Source: Camelus dromedarius (lineage: Eukaryota). From it: DNA of 64,000 nt. This document shows, piece by piece, positions 27,201 through 40,082 of the stretch. The notes beneath the pieces were generated by a model. That model was not told where the DNA came from. It saw nothing but the letters and a program-made list of their open reading frames with translations, and did no database searches. The position numbers and the translations under genes are program-made. The stretch covers positions 51,462,001 through 51,526,000 of the forward strand of contig NC_087436.1 in the NCBI RefSeq assembly GCF_036321535.1. The letters are read 5' to 3'. Positions within the stretch are counted from its first letter, which is position 1. Every line of letters begins with the position of its first letter.

Positions 27201-28157
27201 AGACCCTACAACTGGAGGAAAAATAAAAATTTGACAAAGAAGAGGAGAGAGTTGAGGGAATGTAACAGGATGTTTAGAGCTGCAGAGTTAGGGCATGAAA
27301 ACTAGGTTTGAGGACTTGGGGAGGAGTAAAACTCTGTAATGTGCTGCTGTGGTGCATTGAATGGGATTTTAGAGAGAGACAGCTAAGTAGTTCCAAAAGC
27401 ATAACTGAGACATGAATTTGTAATGCATGCAGTCAAGTGCAGTTATGTGACTTGTTCCAGTTTCTTCAGTCCTAAAAGAACATCAATACTGAACAAAGGC
27501 CAGGATTCTAAAATTCATTTTAGGCTAGCTTATTAAAAATATGCTGAAGATAGCAGTTGGGCTATTTGTCTATGAATACTCTAAACCCAAACTTTAAAAA
27601 ATCTTGAATGTAGAAAGAATATGAGTAAGATTTTTTAAACACAGGACCCAATCAAGGATATTATTGGGTGAGATCAAACAAATCCTTAAACTTGACACTT
27701 GCCTTTGTCCCATCAATGAGTAAACACATGCTAAGCACCTTGGGGCCACCTGACAGTGGGAGCGGAGGGAGCGCATTGCCCTATCAGCTTCTAGACATAA
27801 TAAGAAAGAACAATGAGATAAGCAAAGCAGGGTATGCTGCCATCTGGATGACATCAATATATTCCAATATATACTAAATTAAATGGAACAAAAGGGTGTA
27901 TAAAGTACCAAACGAGCACAGCTGAGACTGAGAGAAATAATGGGCCAGGAAGAGTGAATGTTCACTGGTCTAAATATAGAGCCTAACTTCTGAATAACAG
28001 GTTCCTACACCAGTCAGTCAATCACTGCCCTATATTAGGGAGACTCGAGGTGCTTCAACATCCACCCCTTCTGTACTTTCCAAACCTTGACCATTTGAAA
28101 AAGATCAAGATCACCATCAGGCAGACACTAGAGGGCAACAGAATCAATCTTTCTCTA

Positions 28158-28187
28158 ACATACGCGCGCGCGCACACACACACACGC
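28158..28187. repeat. (CG)5(CA)6 alternating purine-pyrimidine tract
   Basis: acatacgcgcgcgcgcacacacacacacgc. Confidence 0.9.
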
Positions 28188-31100
28188 TGACCCACTGCCC
28201 ACAGAGGCAAACGGCGGTGTCAGTCAGTCAATGATAGCAGGATGTCACAAGAATTCCATCACAGACGTTAACAACAGAAAGATTCTCAGTTAGGAGTCCT
28301 GAAAAGCCAGCTAGAGAAAGTGCATGGAAAGTTGATCTTCTATCTCTGAAATTTTCATGCAGATTTTTATGACTAAGATCTTATTAATATATACACCAAA
28401 CTACATGAGTAAACACTGTGGTGGAAGAAAAAGATACTATCTGGATATTGTTCTTAGTAAACATCTGTTGGTTCTCCAATTCCAGAGCTGGCAACAGAGG
28501 AGGATGTATTTCTCTGTCTAATTACACATGATGCAATCATTTTGTTAAGTGATTTAAACTGATGGAGATAAATGGGATGACATACCAAAGATAACACAAG
28601 GAGATACCAGTTCTATTATTTTGCTTAAAACACATTCTCATTTTTGCTGTACACTTTATCGTAAATCACAAAGTACCTTGTAACCTGTGGTCAACTTCCA
28701 GTTTATTTTTAAATTTTCAGGTATTTTTGATTTAAAAGACAAGTTTTTAGAAGACTGAATTAGTTGTCAATATTGCTACTCGTTATTTGAAATAGTCTGA
28801 TTTTCCTCAAGAATTCTATTAAGCAAATTGTGGTTCACTTGTGGATTTAAATACCAACGCTTCTGCTCTTTGTCTAGCCACCTTTCATACTAATTATCTC
28901 AGGAGGCATTTTCAGACTGAAAATTGAGTAGTTTATTTGAAAGACATTATGGCTTATAGAAATATATGGTACTAGTAGCTACAGTAGTACTGACATGAAA
29001 CAAGTATAGGTGTTAGCTAGATAACTCTCAAAACATGAAAGCTACTCATTCATAATGACAAAGCTCTGTTCATAGACTGCACACAAATTATTAACCTTTC
29101 AAAGTAAAAAGTGCCATAGAGGAATGTCAGGAATGTGACTAGGGGCTCTTTCTCCTCCTCCTCCTTCTTCCTTCTCCTTATTCACAGAGCCAACACTAAG
29201 ATATGGGTGGCACTTGTTCGTTTACGAGTGCTTACTAATGATTCTCTTTTTCTCTTTATTTTTTAAAAATTATGATTGGCTTTTTCCTTCTACCCACTTT
29301 ATTCAATGATGACCAAACTCACTGTGTTGTAACTCCCTGTGAGATCCTAAAATGAACAATGTTTCACTGATAGGGGATTAGGAAGAATTGAAGAAATCAG
29401 TAAATCAGTCGGGGGCATGTCTGAATTTTGAAATATACGTTTCTCCAGTAAAGAAGTATGGTCAACTTGTAGACTGTAAGCCACAAACTCAAAGAATATC
29501 CATTCCTTTTAACAAGCTGAAAAATGGTTCATGGAAAATTTGAATGCATACGTGACAAAATCTTAGATTTATCAGAATAGAACGTTTATAACATTAAAGT
29601 TATGTAAATATTATTAAAGAAACAAAGTATTTTAGCAATATAGATTGCACATTTTTTTTCTCCACTAAGGTTAGATATACTCTTAAGACATAGCTACTAT
29701 AATTCATAGTATAAAATTTCAACATGTGTTTATCTGATACTTTGACTTAAGCAGATAAGATTATTGGATTTATTTTAAATTAAGCTGATAATTAGAAGAA
29801 TAACTAGAAGAATAAATCAATAGGAAACATACTTTTCCATGTGTATCACAACCTAATATATATGTTTCCATTTCCTTAACCATACATTTACCAAAAAACC
29901 TTTGGTAGCTTGCAAAATTACTGTGCCTAAACTTATCCATAGTTGTAAAATGTCCTTATAAAGCTGCTGTCTCTTGCAGTAGCTATAGTCACTTCCTAAA
30001 TGACAGCAGAACATTTGCAAAATAATTGATCTATCTGTCCTATCTACAATGGGAATGTCTGCTATAGACATCCTGGCAAAATGTGACAGCTCACAGAGGG
30101 ACAGAATACATAAAATAATTTAACAAATTTCATAGAATAATTATCAAGTGTAACTTTGCAAAACTAGAATGCAGCCACTATGAAAGAGTAAAGAGTCACC
30201 CAAAGACAATGATACCAATCAACTTATATCAGTGCTATTATTATAGGAACAAAGGTATAAATACCCAGAGGATGTGAGAGAGAAAAAAATTATTTCCCAC
30301 ATCCATCAAATCCTACCCTCATACTTGCTTTCATATCTACGTTCATTATTCAGTATTATGCTACCTATGAAGAATGTACAGTTTGCATGTGGCTGCATCT
30401 TTTAAAAGCTAAGTCCTCACTGGAGAACCAGAAGTGGAAGCATCACTCTTTGAAAATCAGGGGTTATCTTAGAAAGTAACCCTGGATGTTTTAGGGGAAA
30501 TCTTAAGCCCCTCCGTGGTCAAAATTTGAGAATAAGGTTGTAGAGAATTGAGTACCCAGGATGTAATGAATAACAGTATTGTGGGCCAATATTCAAGGCT
30601 GCATTGATTCACTGACTTACCGGAGACAGATGCCACGTTGCACATGGTCAATGACTATACATGTTGGATAATGATTAAAACGAACACACTCATAAGATAT
30701 GTGACAAGCACTGTCTAAAACCTTTCCAGGAATAAAAATTATGCTTATTCCTCATTTGAAGGACATAGAATAAAATTAAGTAGTTTATCAACATTATTAC
30801 AAAACTTAATTTCTGTATTTATTTTAAATACAAGCAGAAAATATCCTATTGTGATTCTACACAGTGTATGATATGCAGGCTCTTCTGATAACTGTTTGCT
30901 ATTTCTTAAAAATGGGGAAAAAAGTTAAATTGGTTGTTATTTTGCTCTCTGGAAATCAGAAATACTGATGGTATTTTTAGAATTCCAATATAACATTGTC
31001 TTAATCTAATAATCAGAGTATAAGCTAAAATGACCCAGAGCTATCCATAGTATTTCAATGCTCTCTACTAACGGTTCATTGGGGATACAATTATTTATCT

Positions 31101-31879
31101 TCTGAAAATCCAAAGACAAATTTTGACATAATCACCAACACAATTATTGCCTATTATATTTTCCTAAGAGCCATCAGAAGTATAATTCACTGTAGAGCAA
31201 AACATGCATACCTTTGTTACAAACAGGAAACGACTGCTTTTCTAAAGTTGATTATGGAAACACAAAGTGTGTTTTATGTACCAAGGTAATATCCCCTCCT
31301 TCAAAATCTTCTCTTGGTTGCATTCATATAAAACTAGTATCCTTCAAAGGGTGTTCTGAAATTTGGGGCTTCAACCTACACAATAAGGAACTGGGGACTT
31401 AACAGAGAAGGAATCACATGCCAGAAACAAACTTGAGCAACACGAATCAGCTTTTTATTGGGTAGATTATCAAAATGTATTCCTTAAACCTAATAAATAC
31501 TTATCTCATTTCATGTGCCTAATAGTGTCTTACTTAGATTTCTGAACAAAAGAGGAAAAGTAATACGTTTTCATTTCCTTCTTACCTAATACTGAACAGG
31601 CTGTTTAGAAGCCAGAAAGCCCAGATAAGTTTCAAAAAGGGCTATTCAGGGGTGGGAGTGTGGAGTCAGAGTTGGTTTATGGCAATATTAAAATAAGTTG
31701 ACTAATCTTGCAAAATAGTTTTTAAGTCAGCGAATGACTCAGGACCAAAAGACACACAAACTAGCTGTTCAGCAGCATCATTTTCAAGAGAGCAACGTTC
31801 ATGTACACACATACACACACACATGCAAATTTTATAAAAAATAGAATTTTAGAGATAAAATGGAAAAAAAAAAACTTAC

Positions 31880-32076
31880 TGAAAAGTCTTCAAAGATTTT
31901 CTTGAGTTCTTTGTGCCCATGCCTTTCAGCAATACGTGCTGGATCTGAGCCCTCCACATTTTTTATCTTAGATGCCCAGGTTGCTCCTGAACATTGAAGC
32001 AAATGATTAGCCAAGTTCGTTAAGCCAAATTTTGCTGCACAATGGAGAAGAGTTGGAAGTTCTTCGAAGTATGTAT
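31880..32076 (-). CDS. BANK1: BANK1 internal coding exon (equivalent to human exon 7), 197 nt, ankyrin-repeat region, phase 1 to 0
   Basis: Acceptor ...attcctgtgcttacag|AT and donor TTTTCA|gtaagt. Translates (H)TYFEELPTLLHCAAKFGLTNLANHLLQCSGATWASKIKNVEGSDPARIAERHGHKELKKIFEDFS, the BANK1 ankyrin segment. The C from the upstream exon plus AT gives CAT (His), so the frame is continuous. Confidence 0.97.
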
Positions 32077-32790
32077 CTGTAAGCACAGGAATAGAATAAT
32101 TTTTTATCATATCTGGAACCCCATAAGAAAAAGTCAAACACAACCTACTCCTAAAAGTAATTCCCAGAAAGGAGAGCAGACTTTTAGTGTGATTCTGCAT
32201 ATATGAAACCGTCAATGGTTTTAGCAAAGTAGACTCGACTCACCCCCTTTCTATTTCTCATCTTTCAGCAAATATTAGTTTTTATATATATATACATAAA
32301 TATATATATAAACTAATACTCTCACTAGCATTCATGCCTCCCTCTTCCTTGTGGGGTAAATTTAATTTAGAAAGGCACATCAACCTCCTAAATGTAAAAG
32401 GAAGCAAAACAAAAACATTACATTGTAATAACTCCTTTTCAATGTACTTCAACATTAGCCAAACACTAAATAACAATTAAGTTCATCTATGACACCTTTT
32501 TGTGTTTTCTACCGCCATGCTTCCTTTTGAAGTTGAAATGACATGAGATTTCTGGAGGGGTTATGTTAGATTTCTACGTGAAATTTTTCTTTCAAAAAAA
32601 AAAAAAAAACTGCAACAGAAAATATAGGTGGGCACTTTTAATATGAAAATTTCCATCAGGATTTTACAGATTTCATATCAACATTCTATTGGAGTTGGAA
32701 TTGCATATTTACCTATTAACTATCAATTAGAAGACATTATTAATTATGCATAACTATAAAATGATGACTGTAAACTACTATCTCAATGAT

Positions 32791-32793
<3 letters not shown>

Positions 32794-32835
<42 letters not shown>
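32794..32835. repeat. (AC)21 perfect microsatellite
   Basis: Read directly from the sequence, about 0.7 kb from the ankyrin exon acceptor. Confidence 0.95.
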
Positions 32836-32838
<3 letters not shown>

Positions 32839-35489
32839 GATGACTGACGGTTTGTTATTACTCTACACTTTCACACCTAGCTGGAAAATTTTGTGTTACA
32901 GAAATTACACACCAGCTTACTTTAATAGCTATGGCACTATCAGAAGCAAGGAATGTGAAGAACTTTAGCAACAGAAACAAAGCCATCAAAACAACAGTCA
33001 ACTCTCTTCTAGCAAAATTCTAAAGCAATGAAAACAACCACCTCATAATATTTTGGAAAATTGTGAATCTGGCCTCATTTACCTCTTCGCTATTTTGTAG
33101 ACCAAATTTTTTTTTTTCAAAAAAGGAAAAAAGAGGGGAATTAACCCTTGAGTTTTCAATTCACTTGGATGTTTCAGGGCTGAATAAATTATTTATTTTG
33201 TTGGTTTGTATTTTTTAACAGAAATTAAACAAAAATCTTTAGGACATATTAAAAACTTATAGTAAGGAAATTTTATCCTTCAAAATGTGGAACTAAATGG
33301 ATAGAGGTAAATATGTGGTTGTATTTCAATGATAAATGCACTGGTCCCTTCTTATATGGTGTAAAATGAGTTGAAAATTATCAAATATTTTATGAAGATG
33401 AGCTTGTAAAAGCTGAAATTTTTCAAGGTAGGTACCAATTTTCAAAATAAGAATAATGTATTTTCTTTAAAAGGGAATAAGAAATAATTTTCTATTTATC
33501 TTCATTTAAATGCATTATAAAATAATTTTCTGCTATAATTAAACCCAACCAAAGCTAATAAAAACATTTGCATGAAAATGTCAGAGTTTTTATATGCCCT
33601 TGGTCATCTTTCTCTTTGCCACATCATAACATACAATGCACGAAAAACATCATCACCTGCAAATCAATGCTTTATGCATTGTTCCTACACATTGCCATTC
33701 TGGTGTACTTTTAAATCACTGTTAATGCAGCTTAAAATATTACTTTCATTAAATAAATGTTTAATCATTATAGGAATACATTCACCTTTTAACCTCACCA
33801 ACCTCCCTGTCAGTAAATTCCCCAAGTTTAAGGTAATATAATATTAGAAACAATTACAACAAACTTCATTAAGACTCTCTGTACTTTTTGTGCACCAGGA
33901 AGAATAAAAAGGACTGTGACAAGTGGACATGGTTTTTCAGGGTTCATTTCTTACCAGTCTTTGACACTTGGAAGCATGTTTTCTGGCAAATAAAAGAAAG
34001 TAGCTCTGCTGGTTTAAGATCATACTGCTGATACTATAGGGGATTACAGGTTTGAAGGTTGGCTCTTTATTTACCATTCCTTTATTTCATTTCTAACACA
34101 GATGAAAATCCACTAATCTACTGGAATGCTTTGTGGAGTCACAGACATGAAAGTGCTTTGAGAACACCCTTCCAATTTTCTGCCCAGTAACAGCACTGCG
34201 TTCCTAGAGTCTCTAAGAGATGGTTTTCCAGGTACTGCTTTTATAGCTCTGACGACAAGAGTGTCTCTGCTTCCTAAGGAAGCCTGCTTCTTAGACAACA
34301 CTCATCATTAGACATTACTACTTCTGTTGAGGTGAAAGTATTTCCTCTAAGTTCCCATATCTTCCTATCCTTTGGGCAATACAGATTATGATAGTTACAG
34401 AAGTGTGGGCTTAGAGGCAGCTGGCTTTGCCATAGATCCACTATGTGAAGATTCAGCAAGCTACTAAGTATCTGAGCCCAGCTGTCTCATTCAAATTTGT
34501 AGGGCTATTGAGATAATTAGATGACAGCATATCAAAAGTGCCCAGCAAGATATCTGAAACATAATAAGCACTCACGAAATATTAGTTTCCTTGCCTCTCT
34601 CTCTTCTGCCTCAAATAGTTTATAAAACATCCTTGTCCTAATTCACCTTTGCCCCAACCTTATGGTCATTAATTCTTTTCACTATCCCCAAGTACTTACC
34701 ATCCTGAGAGAGTGACCCCAGAATAGTTGGTCCTCTAAAAAATGCTTAGTTTCAAACCTGCTCCAATGTGATCATTACAGCAACCCTTTTCATTGTCTTA
34801 GATGAGGTGGTTTGGCTTGCTTATTTTCATTAAGTAGGAAATGCTCAGCCTGCTAATGCACATGGTCAGTAACCAGAAAATTTCTAATTTAAGTATTTTT
34901 TTTAATTAGAATATGACAGAGTTAACATTTTAAAGAATTGAAATGATTTACAGGAGCTGTATTAGCTACTTCAGTGTTAACTGGAGCATGATCTCTAGCA
35001 CTATTTTTGCAGAACATCAAATTAAATTAAATATACTCAGTATGTGCACATATTATATTAATATACATATGATATTTACATATGAATAAAGGCATTCATG
35101 TCAATAAAGGCATGATTATGCTAAGAACCAGTTTGGGTTTTTAGGCATCATACTTTTTTATAAAATCACACTTATTTTATTTTCACATTGATTTAATCAT
35201 GATGAGAATTTGAAATATGAATGGGTTCCTCTGTATCTGGAATAAGCATTTTTGCAACAGCATAAGGTGAGGAAGTTCTTTATCTTAAGAAAAACAAAAC
35301 AAAACTTTGCTGGGGGAGGCTATCCTCTCTCCTGACATTCACTCAGTGGCAGCGGATGAGTGCTGATCAAATAATGTCTGAGACCCAGGGGAGGGTTACA
35401 TGCTGCCCCTTGTCACTCTTCAGTGCTTAGTTTAACTCTAGATCACACAATCACTAATGTTTTTGCTTAAAGATATCTATGTTTCTATT

Positions 35490-37525
35490 GGCTTTTAAAA
35501 ATTATAGAGTGTAATTTATATTTGAAAAATACACTGATGATGAGTTTCATGAGTTTTGACAATTGTATACACCCATGGAACCAGCCCCCAAAACCAGCTA
35601 AAGAAAGCTTCCGTCACCAAAGCAAATCCTCTCATGCTCCATTCTAGCCAATGCTCCACTTCAGAGGGAACTACTGTCAAATTTTTATCAACACAGATGA
35701 GTTTATTTCACCTTGGATTTCAAACAACTGGAATCACACAGCATAGACTCTTGCATTCCACTGTCTTCTGGCCTCTACCTCTGATGAGAAGTCTGGTGTG
35801 ATTCTTGTAATTGTTTTCCTGTAAGGTATGTGCTTTCCTCAACACTCATATCCCTACCCCAACCCCCACCGTAGCTCCTTTTAAGATTTTCTCTTTATCT
35901 TTGCTTTTCAGCAGTTTAACTGTGATGTGTGTGGGTATGATATTTTTGTATATATTCTCCTAGGGAGATCATTCTCAGCTACTATTCCTTCAAATATTTT
36001 TCTGCCTCGTTCTCTCTCATCTTTACTCAGAGAAGTCAGTAACACGTATGTTTGATCATGTAACATTATCCTATAGAGCTTGGATGAAAACTGAGTCAAA
36101 TTAATATGCAGATGAACTAAGCTTGTTCTTTTTTAAGGCTTTACTTAGACTCTGAATTTTTCCTCTTTTTCAGTTTGAATAATTTATTTTGACTGTCTTC
36201 AGGTTCACTAATTCCTTTCTCTTTTATGTTGTTTCTACAATTAAGCCTATATAATGCTTAAAATTTTTCTGATATTGCATATTTCTAGAATTTCCTTTTG
36301 TTTTTTAATTATATTTTTCATTGCTTTGATAAAATGTCCAACTTTTATGCATGTTATGCAACTTTTACAATAGATTTCATTAACATAATTATCATAGTCA
36401 TTGTAATGTTCCTATCTGTTCATTTCAACATCTGGAACATTTCTGTGTCTACTTATATAGTAGCCTATCTCTTTTCTTGACCATAGGTCATCTTATCTCT
36501 TCTTTATGTTTTTTGTAGTTTTACACTGCATGCTGAGGACTGTACCAAAGGACTGAAGTAAATAATATTTACCCCCAGAATAAGGCACACCCTTTCTTCA
36601 ATCAGACTACTACCTTGGGAGCTGACTCATGGTAATCTGCAGGTGAGCTGAGCTTGGTCATTTTGTGGCTTTACTTAGAATAAGTTAACCATTGGCCTCA
36701 AATATTTTGACGGCAGGATCATAACTTTCTTCAGCACAGCTTGGAATGTGAGCTTTGATGAGACTCGAGAAATCTCTGTTGCTCTACAGACTGGCTGCCA
36801 GCTTTTGGATAGGTCTTTTTTCTCTCCAGTCCTGTCTCCAAAATTTTTCACATCAGAACACCCCTCTCAGATTTTGTGGGGCCTCTGAATACACTCAGTT
36901 AAGGTAGACTCCTTACTATCCCAATAGCTCGGAGGCATTTTTCCCACTTCTATGCCTCTTGGTATTTAGAACCTGTCTGCTGCCACTTCCCATCTGGTAG
37001 AAGCTTTGATGGGATCTGTCTCAGTAACCCTGTCCCATTCCCTCTCCTCAGCAGTCACCAGTTGATCCTCAGGGTTTTTAAGGATCTTTCTCAGCCTTCC
37101 TCCCTTCCTCTAGTCATCGGTATACTAGCTCTGTGCACTTACGACAGCCTACAAAAGAGAGTTGGTGGGTGATGCAAACCCACTCTGTAACTGGGGCTCC
37201 TTGGGACTTTTGTCCACCACACTAGCCTAAATACAGCCATTAAAGTTTGCTAAATGCTCAGCTGGCTTCTCTTTACTCCTCATTTATAGTGAGTTCTTTT
37301 CTTTTTCCTCTGTAAGGGATGAAGACAGTCATGAACTTCTTCTCTTTTGTGAAGAACTTGTCCCTTTCTGGAACTTAGTTCATTTGAGTTTCTTTTGTCA
37401 TTCATTTTATGCTGGATTAAAAAAAGAAACTGTGATTTTGAAGATCTTCTTGCCTGTTCTCATTGTTACAATGAGAACAAATAGACTCATGTTGTTATAC
37501 ATCTTAATCAGAAGCAGAAGTCCTA
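35490..37525 (-). mobile_element. Old L1 (L1ME/HAL1-like): 5' end, ORF1 remnant and a 3'-end segment
   Basis: The minus strand begins gacttctgcttctgattaagatg (old L1 5' end). ORF1-like tracts on the plus strand include ttccactgtcttctggcc...gatgagaagtc and ttcagcagtttaactgtgatgtg. A 3'-UTR-like tract lies at about 35490-35750 (gagttttgacaattgtatacaccc). Confidence 0.7.
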
Positions 37526-38309
37526 TGAGTCTTAGCTTATACTCTAATTATTTTCTTAAACTCACAGTATTTGTTTTGCAGTTTGCCACCTTTACCTATT
37601 AGATTTAAATAACAGATTCCTTAAGAAGATATTTTTAAAAACTTTCAGATTGTGCTTAATCTGCAGCATACATCTGTTTCATTTCATGGTAATTTTCATC
37701 TAATTAATCAAGATTCATTGTATTTGTTTCTATTATCAAGGTGTAAATAAAGAAGCAACAACTCACACTAAGGAAGGTGTGGCCAATTTGCTTTCAACTT
37801 TTTCCCTGGACAAAATAAATTTTCAGTTTTCAGTTGTTTCAGCCAATGTCTTTCAAATGATAATTTCGGAAGAAGAGAATTAAATGTCTGGCAGGGGAAT
37901 TTTTCAGTGAAAATCCAATCTTATTAGTTTTTGCAAACAAAAATGAATAGGTGAGCTGGCACACAGTAGAGATATCAAGTTACATGTTTGTTTGGGCTGA
38001 GCCACTTTTAACAGTTCAAAACAATCCCTATAAAAGATGGCCAATAATTAGATTGAAGTTATCAAACTAAAGCTTTCAAAAGATTAACCTTGCTCACAAG
38101 AATAATAAAATGGGAATATACCCAGGGTTCGAGTATAACCTTAATAATTTAAAAGTAAGATGAGTATGCAAACTGAAAGTGCATGACCACGCAATCCAGT
38201 GTTCTCTTGTATCACTGTTTGGAGTAGTAAATCTTTATTTACTCAATGAGTGATGACCAAGCGGCCACTTTAGGACAAAACAATGAAGCACACAACAAAC
38301 AGAAATAAA

Positions 38310-38420
38310 AAGTCAGGAGATCTGCATTCTAATCCCAGCTCAGCCACTGAATCTGTGGTGCTTAGGAAAGTTCCTTCATTTCTGTGGACCTCAGTTTCTT
38401 CATTTATAAAATTGTAAGGC
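38310..38420 (+). mobile_element. MIR fragment
   Basis: agtcaggagatctgcattctaatcccagctcagccact...cctcagtttcttcatttataaaat. Confidence 0.75.
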
Positions 38421-39229
38421 TGGGGTCAGAATTGTAGGACTTATGATATTCTTCTGGGCTCGAGGCCATGCCACAGATGGCTTTAGGATAATTGTCCCTG
38501 GATGCTAATCAGATATCAACTAAAGGAGTAAGGATGATATTTGTGAAGGTTGAAGAAAGGTAATGATTTTCATTCCTTTCATCACAGGATCTGGAGTCTG
38601 ATGAAATGTTGGTATTTCTGTGGATCTGTAAAACAGAGCATTGCTGGGTTTATGCATCTGACTGCTCTGTGACGGGAGGAGCACACATGCAACATGTAAG
38701 GTGTCACTCTTCCCATCTTGCTGAAATAGGGGACATATAATCCTAGTTAGAATTTCAAGGAACTAAAAATACTGCCAAGATTATCAAATTTCTAAAATCT
38801 TGATAATGTAAATAAAATGCATAAGGGAAACAATGGGGCATTAAAGCCCTTTTGTGCAGTTTGTTATCTCTCATACTACAAAAAGTGTAAGAGTGGGAAG
38901 TACATCTTAGAGAGATACTTTAGTGTTAACTTTCATTTTGTATTCACCTCACTAATGGTTGCAATTACATTCTTGTTTCTAAAATATTCTCCTAATACTA
39001 AAAAGAAAAGGCCGTACTCATTTTGTATGTTCTTTTTTAATTGCTCAAGAAACTTCACATAAGATAACTCTTTTTTTCCCAAATGTTTTAGTTAAAATGG
39101 TTGAATTCCTAATCAGCATTATATTCAAGTGAATCTTGATTTCATCTTAATAAATAAAGTTCAAGATAACAACTTTCATTATTTTAAACCCTAAAATTCT
39201 AAAACTTAATACTTATTTATTTTGAGAGG

Positions 39230-39385
39230 TAATATTGTGTCATAAGTGCTTAAATATTAGTGCTTTGGAATCAGATTGTATGCACCAAATCCTAATTCTA
39301 ACATTTACTAATGTAATTTGGACAAGCTACTTGAACTTTCTGCCTCTCAATTTTCTCAACCATTAAACGAGGACAATAATATTTG
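39230..39385 (+). mobile_element. MIR fragment
   Basis: gctttggaatcaga...ttggacaagctacttgaactttctgcctctcaattttctc. Confidence 0.7.
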
Positions 39386-39433
39386 TTCAATCAGATATTA
39401 TACCTAAGTCCAATATATTCTTCCATACAAATA

Positions 39434-40082
39434 CAGTTGACCTTCATTATTCAGAAATTCAATTATTCATAAATTTGCTTACTTATAAAAGCTTATTTGT
39501 ACCCTGAACATCAAAACCTGTGGAATTTTGCAGTCATTTGTGGAAATGTGCAGAGCACTGAAAAATGTGAGCCACACGAAGTGCACATTCCCAGCTGAGG
39601 TCAAGCAAGATGACACTTGGGTTTCTTATTTCAGCTCTCATACTGTAAACAAATGTCCTTTCAATGGTCTATGTAGTGCTGCAGTTTTTACATTTTTCTG
39701 TTTTTGTTGGTGATTCAGTTGTTATAAAGTGGTCCCTTGGCATAGTGCTGAAGTGCTGTCTGCTGTTCACAAGCACAACAGGGCTGTGACACACTTCATG
39801 GAGAAAAGACATGTGTTAGATAAGCTTCATTCCGGAATGAATCATGTTATTGGTGATGAGTTTAATGTTAATGAATTTAAAATGTATGTTAAACAATGTG
39901 TCTTTAAATAGAAACACACATAAAACAAGGCTATGCATTGATTGATTAGCAAAAAAAAAAAAAAATGTGACCAGTGGCTCATAGGAACCTAACCCTGGAT
40001 TTCTCCTGGGAGCAATGGTTCAATATTCTCTTATTCAGTGATTTTACAGAACATAACTGCTGTGAATAATGAGATTCAGCTG
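39434..40082 (-). mobile_element. Non-autonomous Tigger-family DNA transposon (MER82-like), near full length (649 bp)
   Basis: Terminal inverted repeats cagttgaccttcattattca ... tgaataatgagattcagctg, with TA on the left and CA on the right (mutated TA TSD). Internal aggaacctaaccctggatttctcctgggagcaatggttca matches MER82 as I recall it. Confidence 0.85.

Larger units (their letters stand above)
1..31879 (-). other. BANK1: 5' part of the large BANK1 intron following the ankyrin exon (continues beyond the window start)
   Basis: Starts at donor gtaagt (31879-31874). I did not find the next exon (human IQEIDINNEQENDYEED-like) in the window. Confidence 0.8.

Noticed and set aside
30458..30513. Two imperfect adjacent hairpins (caggggttatctt...aagtaaccctg and agggg...cccct)
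   Set aside because: Short, imperfect stems with no resemblance to an ncRNA family I recognise.
31823..31830. Octamer ATGCAAAT near the ankyrin exon (also at 33566 and 46109)
   Set aside because: A few AT-rich 8-mers are expected by chance in 64 kb, and there is no supporting motif cluster.
31832..32227. 131-aa ORF as a stand-alone gene
   Set aside because: Only 32076-31880 is BANK1-like and it is bounded by splice sites; the remainder is intron read-through.
39528..39911. Short ORFs as a transposase
   Set aside because: They lie inside a non-autonomous MER82-like element and show no DDE/DDD or HTH motif.
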